Shown: positions 1-12,719, counted from the stretch's first letter. The stretch is 64,000 nt of DNA from an uncultured delta proteobacterium (GCA_963790475.1 CAWBOS010000013.1:416001-480000), one strand, 5' to 3'. Notes: generated by a model from the sequence alone, not told the origin. Program-made: numbers and translations.

Positions 1-91
1 CAGATACCCGATGCGGATGATAATAGTCTTTGTTGGAATCTTTCATCCCCTATCGGGTATCCTGGATCAGGGTTCCGGCATCCGGCATCCT
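1..91. repeat. Heptamer inverted-arm cassette (GGATGCC/GCATCCG type), cut by the window start
   Basis: cagatac-ccgatgc-ggatga ... gtatcct-ggatcag-ggttccg-gcatccg-gcatcct. Confidence 0.55.
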
Positions 92-108
92 TCATTTTCG
101 AGGCTTCG

Positions 109-975
109 ATGGAGATCATCATCTACGGCATCATTAATAGTGTAACCCTGGCCTTGATGGCCCTGGGTTTTACCTTGGTCTATGGCATTTCCGGCTTGCC
201 CAATTTCGCCCATGGGGCTCTGTATATCGTTACCGGATTTATCGCCTGGAGTTTTATCCACACCCTTAAGCTAAATTTTCTCCTGGCCATGTTTTTATCT
301 TTAATAGTCACCGGCCTGATCGGTGCGGCCATTTATCGGCTGCTATTAATCCGCGTCCGGGGGATGGCCACCTCAGAAATCATTGCTTCCTATGCCATCG
401 GCTTAGCGATCCTGGAGGGTCTTCGCTGGGGGGGCTTTAAAGGGATGACCTACACTCTCCCGGTATTTATTGAAGGGAGCGTGGAATTGTTTGGGGTTCA
501 GGTCGACATCCAACGGATCATGGTGGTCGGTTTCGGGGGTGTGGTCATGGGCTTGCTCTGGCTGTTTACCCATTACAACCGCATTGGATTGGCCTTGAGG
601 GCCATGGCCCAGGATGAACGAGCGGCCATGATGCTGGGCATTGATTCCGACCGGATGGCCGTAGCCGCCATGTTTTTAGGCTCCTTTTTGGCTGGGCTGG
701 CAGCCGTGGTCTTACTCCCTTTAGGCAATATCGTGGTCGAAGCCGGCTATAACGTTTTGATTATGGCCATTGCGGTTTGTATTGTCGGAGGACTGGGCAG
801 TTGGATCGGGGCCATCCTGGCTGCGTTTTTGATCGGCTTTGTCCAGATCCTGACTGTGGTCTATGTTGAATCCCATTTTCAAACCGTCGTGGCCCTGTTG
901 GCCATTATCGTCACCCTGATTTTAAAGCCCTCGGGATTATTTGGCAGACAAAAAGAACTTGAGGAGCGGGTATGA
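109..975 (+). CDS. livH: Branched-chain amino acid-type ABC transporter permease (LivH-like)
   Basis: Hydrophobic ORF with ALGFTLVYG..NFAHG, RAMAQD...A..GI and C-terminal KPSGLFG motifs. Confidence 0.9.
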   Translation: MEIIIYGIINSVTLALMALGFTLVYGISGLPNFAHGALYIVTGFIAWSFIHTLKLNFLLAMFLSLIVTGLIGAAIYRLLLIRVRGMATSEIIASYAIGLAILEGLRWGGFKGMTYTLPVFIEGSVELFGVQVDIQRIMVVGFGGVVMGLLWLFTHYNRIGLALRAMAQDERAAMMLGIDSDRMAVAAMFLGSFLAGLAAVVLLPLGNIVVEAGYNVLIMAIAVCIVGGLGSWIGAILAAFLIGFVQILTVVYVESHFQTVVALLAIIVTLILKPSGLFGRQKELEERV

Positions 976-1991
976 CCTTAAGCGGTGGCGATGTTCGCAA
1001 AGAACGAATCGATCGCGGGATCAAGGTCCGGACCAGCGGTATTTATGCCATTTCTTCCTGGAAAGAAATCAGCTATCTATTGATCCCTCGAATGATTTTG
1101 ATCGTCGGGATCCTTATTCTGCCTTTCGCGGTTACCAATATGTATTGGCAGCGGGTCATTTCCATTGTCGGTATTTATGCCATGCTCTCTTTGAGTTTTG
1201 ATTTTCTGACCCATTTCGTCGGATTGGTTTCCCTGGGCGGGGCTTTTTATGTGGGGGTCGGCGGTTATATGGCCGCGATCTTGAATACCAAACTCGGTTT
1301 GTCCCCCCTTCTTACCATCCCTTTGGCCACTTTGGGCGGGGGGGCGATCTGCACCTTGCTCTTGCTCCCCTGTCTGCCTTTGAGAGGGGTATATTTTTCC
1401 ATAGTTACCCTTATGTATCCCTTAGTTACGGCCAGAATCATTGAAGCTTTGAATATCCTGGGTGGAACGGACGGCATTGTCGGGGTAGCCAGTTTTCCCA
1501 ATCGCTGGGTGGAACAATATTCTCTGTTCAGCTTGTTGCTTTTGATCTTGTTCAGCTTGCGCCGTCTGGTCAATATGGACATCGGTCTGGTTTTTCGTGG
1601 GATCAAGGATAATGACCAGGCCGTCAAGGCCTCGGGAATTAATATTACCCATTATAAAGCGGCGGCGGTCTTTATCTCCTCCGCTATGGGGTGTTTGGGA
1701 GGAGCCTATCTGGTCCATATTTACATGTGGTCCGGTATTTCTCAGTTAGCGTTGGATTTTTCCATCATACCCATCGCCTCGACTGTTATCGGAGGCGGAG
1801 GGACCCTGGTGGGTCCGTTGCTGGGTGCTTTTATACTGGTGCCGATTTCCGAATTGCTCCGGGCCTTCGGGACCTTGCGGATTGTTTTTTATTCCCTGAT
1901 CCTGATGGCTTTTATCATCTTCCGCAGTGAAGGCCTTATGGTCTATGCTCAACGGAAATACCATCAATTTGAGAGGTGGGTCAAGGTATGA
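972..1991 (+). CDS. livM: Branched-chain amino acid-type ABC transporter permease (LivM-like)
   Basis: LRGVYFSIVTL, GGTDGI, GGGGTLVGP..GA motifs; ATGA overlap with livH. Confidence 0.88.
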   Translation: MTLSGGDVRKERIDRGIKVRTSGIYAISSWKEISYLLIPRMILIVGILILPFAVTNMYWQRVISIVGIYAMLSLSFDFLTHFVGLVSLGGAFYVGVGGYMAAILNTKLGLSPLLTIPLATLGGGAICTLLLLPCLPLRGVYFSIVTLMYPLVTARIIEALNILGGTDGIVGVASFPNRWVEQYSLFSLLLLILFSLRRLVNMDIGLVFRGIKDNDQAVKASGINITHYKAAAVFISSAMGCLGGAYLVHIYMWSGISQLALDFSIIPIASTVIGGGGTLVGPLLGAFILVPISELLRAFGTLRIVFYSLILMAFIIFRSEGLMVYAQRKYHQFERWVKV

Positions 1992-2767
1992 CCTCGGAAA
2001 CGATTCTGGAAGTCCGGGAGGTCAGCAAGGCTTTTGGGGGAATCCAGGCCTTGTCTGATGTCAGCTTCAGGCTGAATCAGGGGGAGATCTTGGGGATCAT
2101 CGGACCTAACGGCTCGGGGAAAACTACCTTGATCAATTGCATAACCGGTTTTGTGCATACCGGCTCGGGGAAGATCTTTTTTAACCAAAAAGATATTACT
2201 AGTTGGCCCCCCCATAAGATCGCCCATCTTGGGGTCACCAGGACCTTCCAGGTCATGAGACCCTACTACAGCTTACCGGCCTACAAGAATCTGATCATCC
2301 CTTTGTTTTCTCCCAGGGCCAGGAAGTACGGAGGCTGGCGGGGGGGAGGAAAATTAGGGGACCGCAACACCGTGGCCATCGATATCCTGGAAGAAATCGG
2401 GTTTGAGCGGGATTCTTTTGTTCCCTATAAGATGGCTTCCGCCTTGCCCACCGGTTATTTAAAACGCCTGGAACTGGCCCGCTGCCTGGCTTTAAAACCC
2501 GAGGTCATCCTTTGTGATGAAGTGTTCTCCGGGTTAAGCGCCAGTGAAATCGCCAGTATGATCCCCCTGATTGAAAGGCTTCAGATGGAAGGAATCACCA
2601 TAGTCATGATCGAACACCGTTTAAAAGAGCTGTTCCGGGTGGCCAATCGGGTTGTGGTTCTGAATTTTGGAAAGAAACTTACCGAAGGGATTCCGGAAGC
2701 GGTCATGGAGGACGAAAGAGTGAAAGAGGCCTATCTGGGATCGGAGGATTTATCCGATTATGTTTGA
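1988..2767 (+). CDS. livG: ABC transporter ATP-binding protein (LivG-like)
   Basis: GPNGSGKTT Walker A, RTFQ, V..AYLG tail; ATG at 1988 overlaps the livM stop. Confidence 0.88.
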   Translation: MTSETILEVREVSKAFGGIQALSDVSFRLNQGEILGIIGPNGSGKTTLINCITGFVHTGSGKIFFNQKDITSWPPHKIAHLGVTRTFQVMRPYYSLPAYKNLIIPLFSPRARKYGGWRGGGKLGDRNTVAIDILEEIGFERDSFVPYKMASALPTGYLKRLELARCLALKPEVILCDEVFSGLSASEIASMIPLIERLQMEGITIVMIEHRLKELFRVANRVVVLNFGKKLTEGIPEAVMEDERVKEAYLGSEDLSDYV

Positions 2768-3506
2768 AGCAAAAGGGCTGATGGTCTTCTATGAAAATAT
2801 GCTGGCCCTGAACAATATCAGTATCCGCTGTCAGGAAGGCCAGATCGTCGGGGTCTTTGGGGCCAACAGCGCCGGCAAGTCCACTTTGATGTATACCCTG
2901 TCAGGCATCATGCAGGACATCAAGAAAAAGGAAGAGATGGCCGGGGGAGAACGTATCACCCTTATGGGGGAGGTCTTTTACCGGGGCACTGACATCATGG
3001 CCTTAAAACCCAGTCAGCGAGCCAGGCAAGGGATCATTCTCTGCCCGGAACGCCGGCGGATTTTCCCGGAAAGCACGGTCTTGGAGAACCTTAAGATAGG
3101 GGGCTACTTAGCCAATTCAACCCAGATTAAAGAAACCCTGGAGTATGTTTTTAAAATTTTTCCGGCCCTGATTCCTTTAATAAAGAGGGAAGGGGGATTC
3201 TTGAGCGGCGGAGAACAACAGATGCTGGCCATCGGCCGGGCCCTGATGGCCCAGCCAAAAATTTTGTTGCTCGACGAACCCCTTATGGGTCTCAGCCCAT
3301 TGGTCCAGGCCTTATTGGTCCGTTCGATCAAGAATATTCGGGATGATCGAGGGGTTTCCGTTATCGTCTCCGAGCAATATGCCCGTCCTCTTTTGCCCAT
3401 CGTCGACTATGCCTATATCTTGGAAAACGGGGCCGCGGTCATGGAAGGAACAAAAACGGAATTGATGGATAATCCGGATGTGCGGGCGGCCTATTTTGGA
3501 ATATAA
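2760..3506 (+). CDS. livF: ABC transporter ATP-binding protein (LivF-like)
   Basis: GANSAGKST, PERRRIF, LSGGEQQMLAIGRALM, LLLDEP. Confidence 0.9.
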   Translation: MFEAKGLMVFYENMLALNNISIRCQEGQIVGVFGANSAGKSTLMYTLSGIMQDIKKKEEMAGGERITLMGEVFYRGTDIMALKPSQRARQGIILCPERRRIFPESTVLENLKIGGYLANSTQIKETLEYVFKIFPALIPLIKREGGFLSGGEQQMLAIGRALMAQPKILLLDEPLMGLSPLVQALLVRSIKNIRDDRGVSVIVSEQYARPLLPIVDYAYILENGAAVMEGTKTELMDNPDVRAAYFGI

Positions 3507-3511
3507 GTTGG

Positions 3512-5215
3512 ATGTCTAAAAAGGCAGAGAAAAAGGATGAGCCAAAAAAAATCATGAGCGTGAACGAGAAAGATCTTAGTCCCGGGGAAGAACTGGTTTT
3601 TTCTCGTTTTGAGCGGATGGTCCAAAAATACCCCCATAAAACAGCGGTCATTTTCTTGGGAGAAAAATATTCCTATGCCCGGCTGATGAATCTGATCGAC
3701 CGCTTTGCCGCCGGATTGTCCGGCCAAGGGGTTAAACAGGGCGATCGCGTCATACTCTACCTCTCCAACTGTATTCAATGGGTGGTGGCCTTCTTCGGGA
3801 TTCAAAAACTGGGGGCCGCGGTCGTCCCGGTGTCTCCGATCTATACCTCTCATGAGGTCAGTTATATGATTAAGGATTCCGGGGCCCAAACCATCATCTG
3901 CCATGATACCAATTTCGGATATGTAAAGGAGACCTTTGAAAGTACCGAGTTGAAGAAGGCCATTGTTACCAACTTGGTGGATTTGCTCCCTCTTCCCAAA
4001 AGAACGCTCGGTTTTCTTTTCGATAAGATTCCCCACGGCGTAGTAGAAAAGAGCGAAAAAGTCCTTTTTTTTAAGGAATTATTGAAGTCCCCGCCGACAC
4101 CTCCCACGGTCAAAATTGATCCATTGAAGGATCTGGCCTATATCCTCTATACCGGCGGAACCACCGGGTTTCCCAAAGGGGTACCAGGCAACCATGCGGG
4201 CATGACCTCTTATGTAAACGACCTGATGGAAGACGTTCTTAAGGGGTATATCAAAGAAGGGGAAGACACCTATATCGCCATTAATCCCCTGTTTCACATC
4301 ATGGCCTTGGGGTTTTTTGTGGCCGCCGGACTGAATTCCGGCAATACCACCATTCTCATGCCCCAGCCGCAGATTGACGCCATCCTGGAGGCCATTGAAA
4401 AATACAAAGTCCGCTGGATGCTCGGTGTGCCGACCCTTTACCGGATGATTCTGGAAAATGATCGTCTGGAACAATACCGGCTCGACACGTTGCGCTATTG
4501 TTATTGCGGGGGCGATGTACTGCCATTGGAGGTGTTTAACCGCTGGAAGGAAAAAATAGGCGTACCCATCTACCAGGTCTATGGATCGACCGAAGTGGGA
4601 CATATCACCTACAGCCGTCTGGACCATGAACCGGACCCCCTTTCCATCGGGTTGCCCTTGAAATCACGAAGGTGTAAAGTAGTTAATCCGGAAACCCTTG
4701 AGCCCATGCCTCTGGGGGAAACGGGCGAGTTGATGGTTACTTCCGATTTCACTCTAAAACATTATTTGAATAAACCGGAGGAGACCGCCCGTTCTTATAT
4801 AACCGTGGGAGGTCAAATCTACTACCGGATGGGGGATTTTGTCAGCCAGAATGAGCAGGGGGAATTGGTTTATGTGGAACGCCTGGCGGACATCATAAAA
4901 TACAAAGGCTACCGGGTTTCGGCCTCGGAGATCGAAGCGGTCCTCCAGGACCATCCCACGGTTATCGGTGCTTGTGTGGTCGGTATCCCGGACCCCAAGG
5001 TAGGGGAACGGATCAAAGGGATCGTGGTTTTAAAGTCCGGATCCAAAGGGGTCGGGGCCAATGAATTAATCCGCTTTTGCAGGGAACGGCTGGCCCCTTA
5101 CAAGGTCCCCCAATATATCGAATTCCGCGACATGCTTCCCAAATCCAAGGTGGGCAAACTGCTTAGACGGGAAATACGGGATGAGGAAAAAAGAAAAATA
5201 GAAAAAAAGAAATAA
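3512..5215 (+). CDS. AMP-binding acyl-CoA synthetase / long-chain fatty acid-CoA ligase
   Basis: YTGGTTGFPKG, YGSTE, GD..R..D.IK and PKSKVGK adenylate-forming motifs. Confidence 0.9.
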   Translation: MSKKAEKKDEPKKIMSVNEKDLSPGEELVFSRFERMVQKYPHKTAVIFLGEKYSYARLMNLIDRFAAGLSGQGVKQGDRVILYLSNCIQWVVAFFGIQKLGAAVVPVSPIYTSHEVSYMIKDSGAQTIICHDTNFGYVKETFESTELKKAIVTNLVDLLPLPKRTLGFLFDKIPHGVVEKSEKVLFFKELLKSPPTPPTVKIDPLKDLAYILYTGGTTGFPKGVPGNHAGMTSYVNDLMEDVLKGYIKEGEDTYIAINPLFHIMALGFFVAAGLNSGNTTILMPQPQIDAILEAIEKYKVRWMLGVPTLYRMILENDRLEQYRLDTLRYCYCGGDVLPLEVFNRWKEKIGVPIYQVYGSTEVGHITYSRLDHEPDPLSIGLPLKSRRCKVVNPETLEPMPLGETGELMVTSDFTLKHYLNKPEETARSYITVGGQIYYRMGDFVSQNEQGELVYVERLADIIKYKGYRVSASEIEAVLQDHPTVIGACVVGIPDPKVGERIKGIVVLKSGSKGVGANELIRFCRERLAPYKVPQYIEFRDMLPKSKVGKLLRREIRDEEKRKIEKKK

Positions 5216-5249
5216 AATTACCTTATAATTTTTTGTAACTTTTTCCCTC

Positions 5250-6062
5250 TTACCGATACCTATTGATTTCATCCCTGAGTTGGAGGGCCGCGGTTCTGGC
5301 GGCTTGGGCGAAGTCTCTTCCCTTACCGGCATAGATGATCCCCCGGGAGGAATTGATGATCATCCCGGTCCCCTTTTCGTCCTTGCCGTTTACCACCGCC
5401 TTCCCAATATCGCCCCCTTGGGCCCCGATGCCCGGCACCAGCAAAGGCATGTTCCCTACTAGGGACCGGATCTCCCCAAGTTCTTGCGGGTAGGTGGCCC
5501 CCACAACCAAAAGGACATTGCCGTTGCGGTTCCATTCCCTGGCGGCTTTTTGGGCAACGATCCGATAGAGTTTCTCCCCGTTTAATTCCAAATCCTGAAT
5601 ATCGATTGCCCCCGGATTGGAAGTCCGGCAAAGGATAATGACCCCTTTGTCGCTCCGGTCGAGAAAAGGTTCGAGCGCATCGCCTCCCAGGTAAGGGTTG
5701 ACAGTAACCGCATCCGCCTCATAGCGGTCGAAGGCCTCTTGGGCATACAGCTTAGCCGTCGATCCGACATCCCCCCGCTTGGCATCCAGGATAACCGGGA
5801 TATAGGGAAAATTCTTGTGGATATAGGCTATGGTAAGCTCCAGATCCCGTTCCAAACCTGATGCGGCATAGTAGGCTATCTGAGGTTTGAAGGCACAGAC
5901 CAGGTCGAATGTACTTTCGATGATTGCCCGGTTGAACTCAAAAAGTGGCTCTTTGGCAGATCGAAGATAGCTTGGAATTTTTTCTAAATCCGGGTCAAGC
6001 CCGATGCAAACCAATGAGTTGTTTCTGTTCCAGGCCGCATTCAGGGCTTCCATGAAATTCAC
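5250..6062 (-). CDS. pyrF: Orotidine 5'-phosphate decarboxylase (type 2)
   Basis: CIGLDP, FKPQIAYY, LDAKRGDVGST, PGIGAQGG, NSSRGII; GTG start chosen after an AAGGAGA RBS. Confidence 0.95.
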   Translation of the reverse strand: MNFMEALNAAWNRNNSLVCIGLDPDLEKIPSYLRSAKEPLFEFNRAIIESTFDLVCAFKPQIAYYAASGLERDLELTIAYIHKNFPYIPVILDAKRGDVGSTAKLYAQEAFDRYEADAVTVNPYLGGDALEPFLDRSDKGVIILCRTSNPGAIDIQDLELNGEKLYRIVAQKAAREWNRNGNVLLVVGATYPQELGEIRSLVGNMPLLVPGIGAQGGDIGKAVVNGKDEKGTGMIINSSRGIIYAGKGRDFAQAARTAALQLRDEINRYR

Positions 6063-6375
6063 GGGCAAAATCTCTCCTTTTTTTATAATTTTTTTCATCT
6101 TAACAAGAATAAGGGAAAATAGCAAAAAATTTGAAGAGTTGCCCCTTCATTCTCTCAAGGATTAAAAACTGAAAACCAAATATTAGGCTGAGGTCGGCAA
6201 AATAAGGCCATGAAGTAGGAAAAACCATACAAGAGATTGATGTACCCTAGACTCGCTTAAACTCAAAAAAATATTATCATAATGATATCAATACCATAAT
6301 AAAATTAGACATCCGGCATTAAAATTGCTTTATGATTCGTGTACATAAATTTTACCTAAAGATAGGAGAAAAAGG

Positions 6376-7173
6376 ATGATTTATAAAATGATGGGGGGAC
6401 TTGCTGTTTTATTGCTTTTGATCGGATGCGGCGGAGAGGTCAAACAGCTTCAAATGCGGGATACATCCCTTAACGCCACAGACTCCAGCCAAGGCATGAA
6501 ACCGGTTGAATTCCCCAAAGGAACGTGGACCGGTGCGGCCTCGACCAAGCAGGCCAGCACTCTGGCCGAACTCTTTGTGAATTCCCACAACATGGCCATG
6601 GCCCAATTTTCGAAACTTCAGGATTCCCAGGATTCCATGAAAACTGCCCAGGAGGCCTTGAAGAATTCCACTCAGCGCCTGGAAGAAACCAACCGACTTA
6701 TCTTGGAGTCTGCCCAGAAAAATCAGGAAACTGCGCAGAAAACTTTGGAAAAAATTGAAGAAATTTCCAGGGAACAGGGTACTGGCCAGATCACTCTGTT
6801 CTTCCCGGTGGGGGTCAAAAGGTTGAAGGAAAACTCCTTGGAATATGAACGATTAATACGATTCGTCGATTTCCTTTCCCGGGAAGGCAAAGGCCGAAAG
6901 GTTTTATTTATCAGTATCGGTAGTGCCTCAGCCTTTGGCCCTCCAAAGGTCAATATGAAGCTGGCTAAGGCCCGGGCCGATTTCCCTAAAGGCATTATCG
7001 ACAAATACCTGGTCAATTCGGCCCATGAATTTTACAAGGTGTATGGGACAGGCGATTTATACAGCCCTAAGGGGGTCTCCAAAAAGGAGCACGACCGCTA
7101 CCAGCATACCCGCCTGATTGCCCTGTACGAGACAGACAAGGCCCCTGCGCTGCCGGAGGAACCTGGAAAATAA
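6376..7173 (+). CDS. Lipoprotein with coiled-coil and divergent OmpA/Pal-like C-terminal domain
   Basis: Lipobox LIG-C, AGGAG RBS, coiled-coil midsection, GSASAFG....N.KLA..RA resembling the OmpA_C motif. Confidence 0.55.
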   Translation: MIYKMMGGLAVLLLLIGCGGEVKQLQMRDTSLNATDSSQGMKPVEFPKGTWTGAASTKQASTLAELFVNSHNMAMAQFSKLQDSQDSMKTAQEALKNSTQRLEETNRLILESAQKNQETAQKTLEKIEEISREQGTGQITLFFPVGVKRLKENSLEYERLIRFVDFLSREGKGRKVLFISIGSASAFGPPKVNMKLAKARADFPKGIIDKYLVNSAHEFYKVYGTGDLYSPKGVSKKEHDRYQHTRLIALYETDKAPALPEEPGK

Positions 7174-7185
7174 TCAGAAGACGAT

Positions 7186-7229
7186 AAAAGAGAGGCGGAA
7201 CCATTAGCGTTCCGCCTCTCTTTTTTTTT
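7186..7229 (+). terminator. Rho-independent terminator
   Basis: GAGAGGCGGAAC-cattagc-GTTCCGCCTCTC stem followed by T9. Confidence 0.9.
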
Positions 7230-7407
7230 AAATTAAGAGCATGGCTGCATTCAGACCCCCCTTAGCGGACGGTTTGAAGGATTAAATCCCTACCGGCCTA
7301 CCTCCCCTCCTACTCCTGACTCATAATCAAAATAAAAAGATATCAGATCCCGAATAGATAGACTGGTCCTTTCCGGTCCGGCCCTTAAAAGCCGCCCCGA
7401 CCCCTCC

Positions 7408-7436
7408 TTGACAAATAGGGGTGAAATGGTTAATTT
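7408..7436 (+). promoter_or_regulatory. Putative sigma70 promoter of clpB
   Basis: TTGACA-N17-TAATTT. Confidence 0.55.
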
Positions 7437-7508
7437 TCTAGTAAATTTACCTTCCAGAATAAATAAGCCTAAAAAAATATATTTACTGGATCAGCTTGGA
7501 GGAAAACC

Positions 7509-10100
7509 ATGCGTTTTGATAAATTTACCATCAAGGTTCAAGAGGCCATTCAATCGGCCCAATCTATGGCCGACGGTATGGGACATCAGCAGATCGAACC
7601 CGAACATCTGTTAACCGCCCTTTTGAATCAGCCCGATAATATTATTTTGCCCCTGGTACAGAAACTGGGGATCAACCCCAACCAGGTTAAGAATATTCTG
7701 AAGAATCAATTGGATAATATCCCCAGAGTTACGGGGTCGGGGAAAGGCCAGAGTTATATTTCCCCCAGACTCAACACCGCCCTGGACGCCTCATTCAAAG
7801 AAGCCTCCCAAATGCGGGATGACTATGTCAGTATGGAGCACATCCTGATCGCCCTTATGGATCAGAAGGGCGATCCCTTGTCGCAGGCGTTACTTTCGTT
7901 GGGATTGAACCGGGAAAGTATCTTGAAATCCCTCAAAGATATCCGGGGCAGCCAGCGGGTCACCGACCCCAATCCGGAAGATAAATACCGCCCCCTGGAG
8001 AAATTTGCCCGGGACCTGACCGATCTGGCCCGTGAAGGGAAACTGGACCCGGTCATCGGACGGGACGACGAAGTCCGCCGGGTCATCCAGGTCCTGTCCC
8101 GGAGGACCAAAAACAACCCGGTCCTGATTGGAGAACCCGGTGTGGGAAAAACAGCCATTGTCGAGGGGTTGGCCCAACGCATCATTCATGGGGATGTGCC
8201 GGAAGGTCTGAAAAATAAACGCGTCGTCGCCCTGGATATGGGGGCCTTGATCGCCGGTGCCAAATACCGGGGGGAATTTGAGGACAGGCTTAAGGCCGTG
8301 CTCAAAGAGGTGACCGAGGCCCAGGGGCAGATCATTCTGTTTATTGACGAACTTCATACCCTGGTCGGGGCCGGGAAGGCCGAAGGTTCAATGGATGCCG
8401 GCAATATGCTTAAACCGGCCCTGGCCCGGGGGGAATTGCGTTGCGTCGGGGCCACCACCATCAATGAATATCGTAAATATGTGGAAAAAGATGCCGCCCT
8501 GGAACGGCGTTTCCAGCCGGTACTGGTCAATGAACCCACGGTAGAAGATACCATTGCCATCTTAAGAGGATTAAAAGAAAAATACGAAGTCCACCACGGG
8601 GTCCGTATCAAAGATTCGGGCATTGTAGCCGCGGCCACCTTATCCCATCGCTATATCACCGACCGCTTTCTGCCTGACAAGGCCATTGACCTTATCGATG
8701 AAGCCGCATCCAAACTGAGGATCGAGATTGACAGTCTCCCTCAGGAGATCGATGAACTGGAACGGAAGATCCTCCAGATGGAGATTGAGAAAGAGGCCCT
8801 GAAAAAAGAGGTGGACCCGGCCTCCAAAGACCGTATGAATAAGATTGAAAAAGAACTGGTGGAACTCAAAGCCCAAAGCGGGGTGATGAAGGCCCATTGG
8901 CAGAAGGAAAAAGAAGCCATCCAAAAGATCAGGCAAGTCAAAGAAGAAATCGAAAACAAAAAGACCGAGGCCGCCAATGCCGAACGGCAGGGAGACCTGA
9001 CCCGGGCGGCGGAAATCCGCTACGGGGTGCTCTTGAACATGAATAAACAATTGGAGGAAGATAACCAGCAATTGGAAATCCTTCAACAGGATCAGAAAAT
9101 GTTGAAGGAAGAAGTGGATGACGAGGACATCGCCGAAGTGGTGGCTAAATGGACCGGCATCCCGGTAGCCCGGATGATGGAAGGGGAAAAACAAAAGTTA
9201 ATCACAATGGAAAAACGGATCTCGGACCGGGTTATCGGCCAGGAAGAGGCCATTCGGGCCGTAGCCAATGCCGTGCGCCGGGCCCGGTCAGGACTGCAGG
9301 ACCCCAATCGTCCGGTAGGGTCTTTTATTTTCATGGGTCCCACCGGTGTGGGCAAAACCGAACTGGCCAAGGCCCTGGCCGAATTTCTCTTTGATGATGA
9401 ACAGGCCATGGTCCGGGTCGACATGTCCGAATATATGGAAAGACACTCGGTCTCCCGTTTGATCGGTGCCCCACCGGGTTATGTGGGTTATGAAGAGGGA
9501 GGATACTTAACCGAAGCCGTACGGCGAAAGCCCTATTCGGTGGTGCTTTTTGACGAGATCGAAAAGGCCCATCCCGAGGTCTTCAACGCTTTGTTGCAGA
9601 TACTGGATGACGGCCGGATGACCGACGGCCAGGGAAGGACGGTGGACTTCACCAACACCCTGGTCATCATGACCTCCAACATCGGTAGTCAATTCATCCA
9701 GGACCTGACCGAACGGGAACGGGAGGAGATGATCCGGAGGGTCATGGAGGCCCTGCGGGCTCATTTCAAACCTGAGTTCTTGAACCGGATCGACGAAATC
9801 GTTATTTTCCATGCCCTCAATCGCGATCAGATCAAGGCCATCGTCGATATCCAGGTCCGTTTGCTGCAAAAACGCCTGGCGGAAAAACACCTTGAAATTC
9901 AATTGACCGATAAGGCCCGGGATCAGATCTCCCAGGAGGGTTTTGATCCGGTCTATGGTGCCCGTCCTTTAAAACGGGTGATCCAGCATCGTATTCAGGA
10001 TGCCCTGGCCTTAAAAATATTGGAAGGAGAATTTAAAGAAGGGGAAAAAATTATTCTGGATGCCGGTCCGAAAGGAGAGATCCTCTTTAGGAAAGGATAA
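7509..10100 (+). CDS. clpB: ATP-dependent chaperone ClpB
   Basis: Two AAA+ modules ([16 protein letters not shown]), coiled-coil M domain, GARPL; 863 aa. Confidence 0.98.
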   Translation: MRFDKFTIKVQEAIQSAQSMADGMGHQQIEPEHLLTALLNQPDNIILPLVQKLGINPNQVKNILKNQLDNIPRVTGSGKGQSYISPRLNTALDASFKEASQMRDDYVSMEHILIALMDQKGDPLSQALLSLGLNRESILKSLKDIRGSQRVTDPNPEDKYRPLEKFARDLTDLAREGKLDPVIGRDDEVRRVIQVLSRRTKNNPVLIGEPGVGKTAIVEGLAQRIIHGDVPEGLKNKRVVALDMGALIAGAKYRGEFEDRLKAVLKEVTEAQGQIILFIDELHTLVGAGKAEGSMDAGNMLKPALARGELRCVGATTINEYRKYVEKDAALERRFQPVLVNEPTVEDTIAILRGLKEKYEVHHGVRIKDSGIVAAATLSHRYITDRFLPDKAIDLIDEAASKLRIEIDSLPQEIDELERKILQMEIEKEALKKEVDPASKDRMNKIEKELVELKAQSGVMKAHWQKEKEAIQKIRQVKEEIENKKTEAANAERQGDLTRAAEIRYGVLLNMNKQLEEDNQQLEILQQDQKMLKEEVDDEDIAEVVAKWTGIPVARMMEGEKQKLITMEKRISDRVIGQEEAIRAVANAVRRARSGLQDPNRPVGSFIFMGPTGVGKTELAKALAEFLFDDEQAMVRVDMSEYMERHSVSRLIGAPPGYVGYEEGGYLTEAVRRKPYSVVLFDEIEKAHPEVFNALLQILDDGRMTDGQGRTVDFTNTLVIMTSNIGSQFIQDLTEREREEMIRRVMEALRAHFKPEFLNRIDEIVIFHALNRDQIKAIVDIQVRLLQKRLAEKHLEIQLTDKARDQISQEGFDPVYGARPLKRVIQHRIQDALALKILEGEFKEGEKIILDAGPKGEILFRKG

Positions 10101-10153
10101 TCACCTGGTTTTGCTTGACAGAGGGGTTAAGTATAGTAACATATTTAAATGAC

Positions 10154-10225
10154 GGATACAGGTTACGAGGTACGGGTTTCTGAACGAGTGTTTTTTTCAT
10201 AACCTGCCAACTCGTAACCCGCGAC
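10154..10225. repeat. Heptamer inverted-arm cassette in the htpX leader
   Basis: ggataca-ggttacg-aggtacg-ggtttct ... aacctgc-caactcg-taacccg. Confidence 0.55.
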
Positions 10226-10249
10226 AGATAAAAGAAGGAGTTGATTTTT

Positions 10250-11107
10250 ATGTTTTCTAATACCGTGAAAACGACCTTGTTATTAGGACTGATGACCGTC
10301 CTGATTATTTTTGTCGGTGGAGCCGTTGGGGGACAGAACGGGATGATCATGGCTTTTTTTCTGGCCGGGATCATGAACCTGGGGAGCTACTGGTTTTCGG
10401 ATAAGATCGTTTTGGCCATGTACCGGGCTCAGGAGATCCCCCCGCAAAGTCATCCCCAAATCCACCAAATAGTGCAGGAACTGGCCCAGCAGGCCGGTCT
10501 TCCCAAACCAAGGATATTCCTGATCGAAGACGATTCACCCAATGCCTTTGCCACCGGAAGGAATCCGGACCATGCCGTTATAGCCGTTACTTCCGGTATC
10601 CTGCGTATCCTCTCCCTTCAGGAACTGAAAGGGGTCCTGGCCCACGAATTGGCCCATGTCAAGAACCGGGATATCCTGGTTGGGTCCATTGCCGCCACCA
10701 TGGCCGGGGCCATCATGATCCTGGCCAGGATGGCCAGTTGGGCGACCATCTTCGGCGGGAGCCGGGATTCGGAAGAAGGCGGGGGCGGCGGAGGGATCAT
10801 CAGTCTTCTGGTCATGATCATTGTGGCCCCGATTGCCGCCTTGCTGATACAGATGGCCATCTCCCGTTCCCGGGAATATCAGGCCGATGCCTCCGGGGCC
10901 CAGTTTTCAGGCAACCCTTTAGGATTGGCCGGGGCACTGGAAAAACTGGAAACGGCCTCCAAAAGGATTCCCATGGATGATCCGAAACCGGCCACGGCCC
11001 ATATGTTCATCGTGAACCCCTTATCGGGACGCAGCCTGCTCAATTTGTTCTCCACTCACCCGCCCATCGAAGAACGCATCGCCCGGCTGAGGTCAATGAG
11101 GTTTTAA
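10250..11107 (+). CDS. htpX: Zinc metalloprotease HtpX
   Basis: PNAFATG, HELAH, SRSREY.AD, STHP; TTGACA-N16-TAACAT promoter near 10115. Confidence 0.95.
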   Translation: MFSNTVKTTLLLGLMTVLIIFVGGAVGGQNGMIMAFFLAGIMNLGSYWFSDKIVLAMYRAQEIPPQSHPQIHQIVQELAQQAGLPKPRIFLIEDDSPNAFATGRNPDHAVIAVTSGILRILSLQELKGVLAHELAHVKNRDILVGSIAATMAGAIMILARMASWATIFGGSRDSEEGGGGGGIISLLVMIIVAPIAALLIQMAISRSREYQADASGAQFSGNPLGLAGALEKLETASKRIPMDDPKPATAHMFIVNPLSGRSLLNLFSTHPPIEERIARLRSMRF

Positions 11108-11274
11108 TAAGCGCAGGCTTCTAGGGGTCAAGGGTTCCGGAATTTGAGAAAAATTGATTAAGCCACATCAATGACTGCTGGATGTCAAACCCCAATGGTC
11201 CAGTAATTGGTTGACATTTATCACCCATTAGCATAAAAACCCCCTATATTCTTAAATCAGTGGAAAAGGAGTAA

Positions 11275-12570
<1,296 letters not shown>

Positions 12571-12690
12571 ACAAATTATAGATCGAAGTTTCAAACTCTT
12601 TTTCTGGATAGCCCCTAATATCGTCGAGAATGGGAATCTGAATTTCGATCATCGTTGAAGAATTCGTTTTAACCGGGAAAGGCCTCCCTC

Positions 12691-12719
12691 TTGACTTTAA
12701 AGGAAAGAATAAGTATATT
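12691..12719 (+). promoter_or_regulatory. Putative sigma70 promoter of tRNA-Leu/tig operon
   Basis: TTGACT-N17-TATATT. Confidence 0.6.

Noticed and set aside
7380-7508. CIRCE/HrcA operator before clpB (also checked before htpX)
   Set aside because: No TTAGCACTC-N9-GAGTGCTAA-like sequence found.
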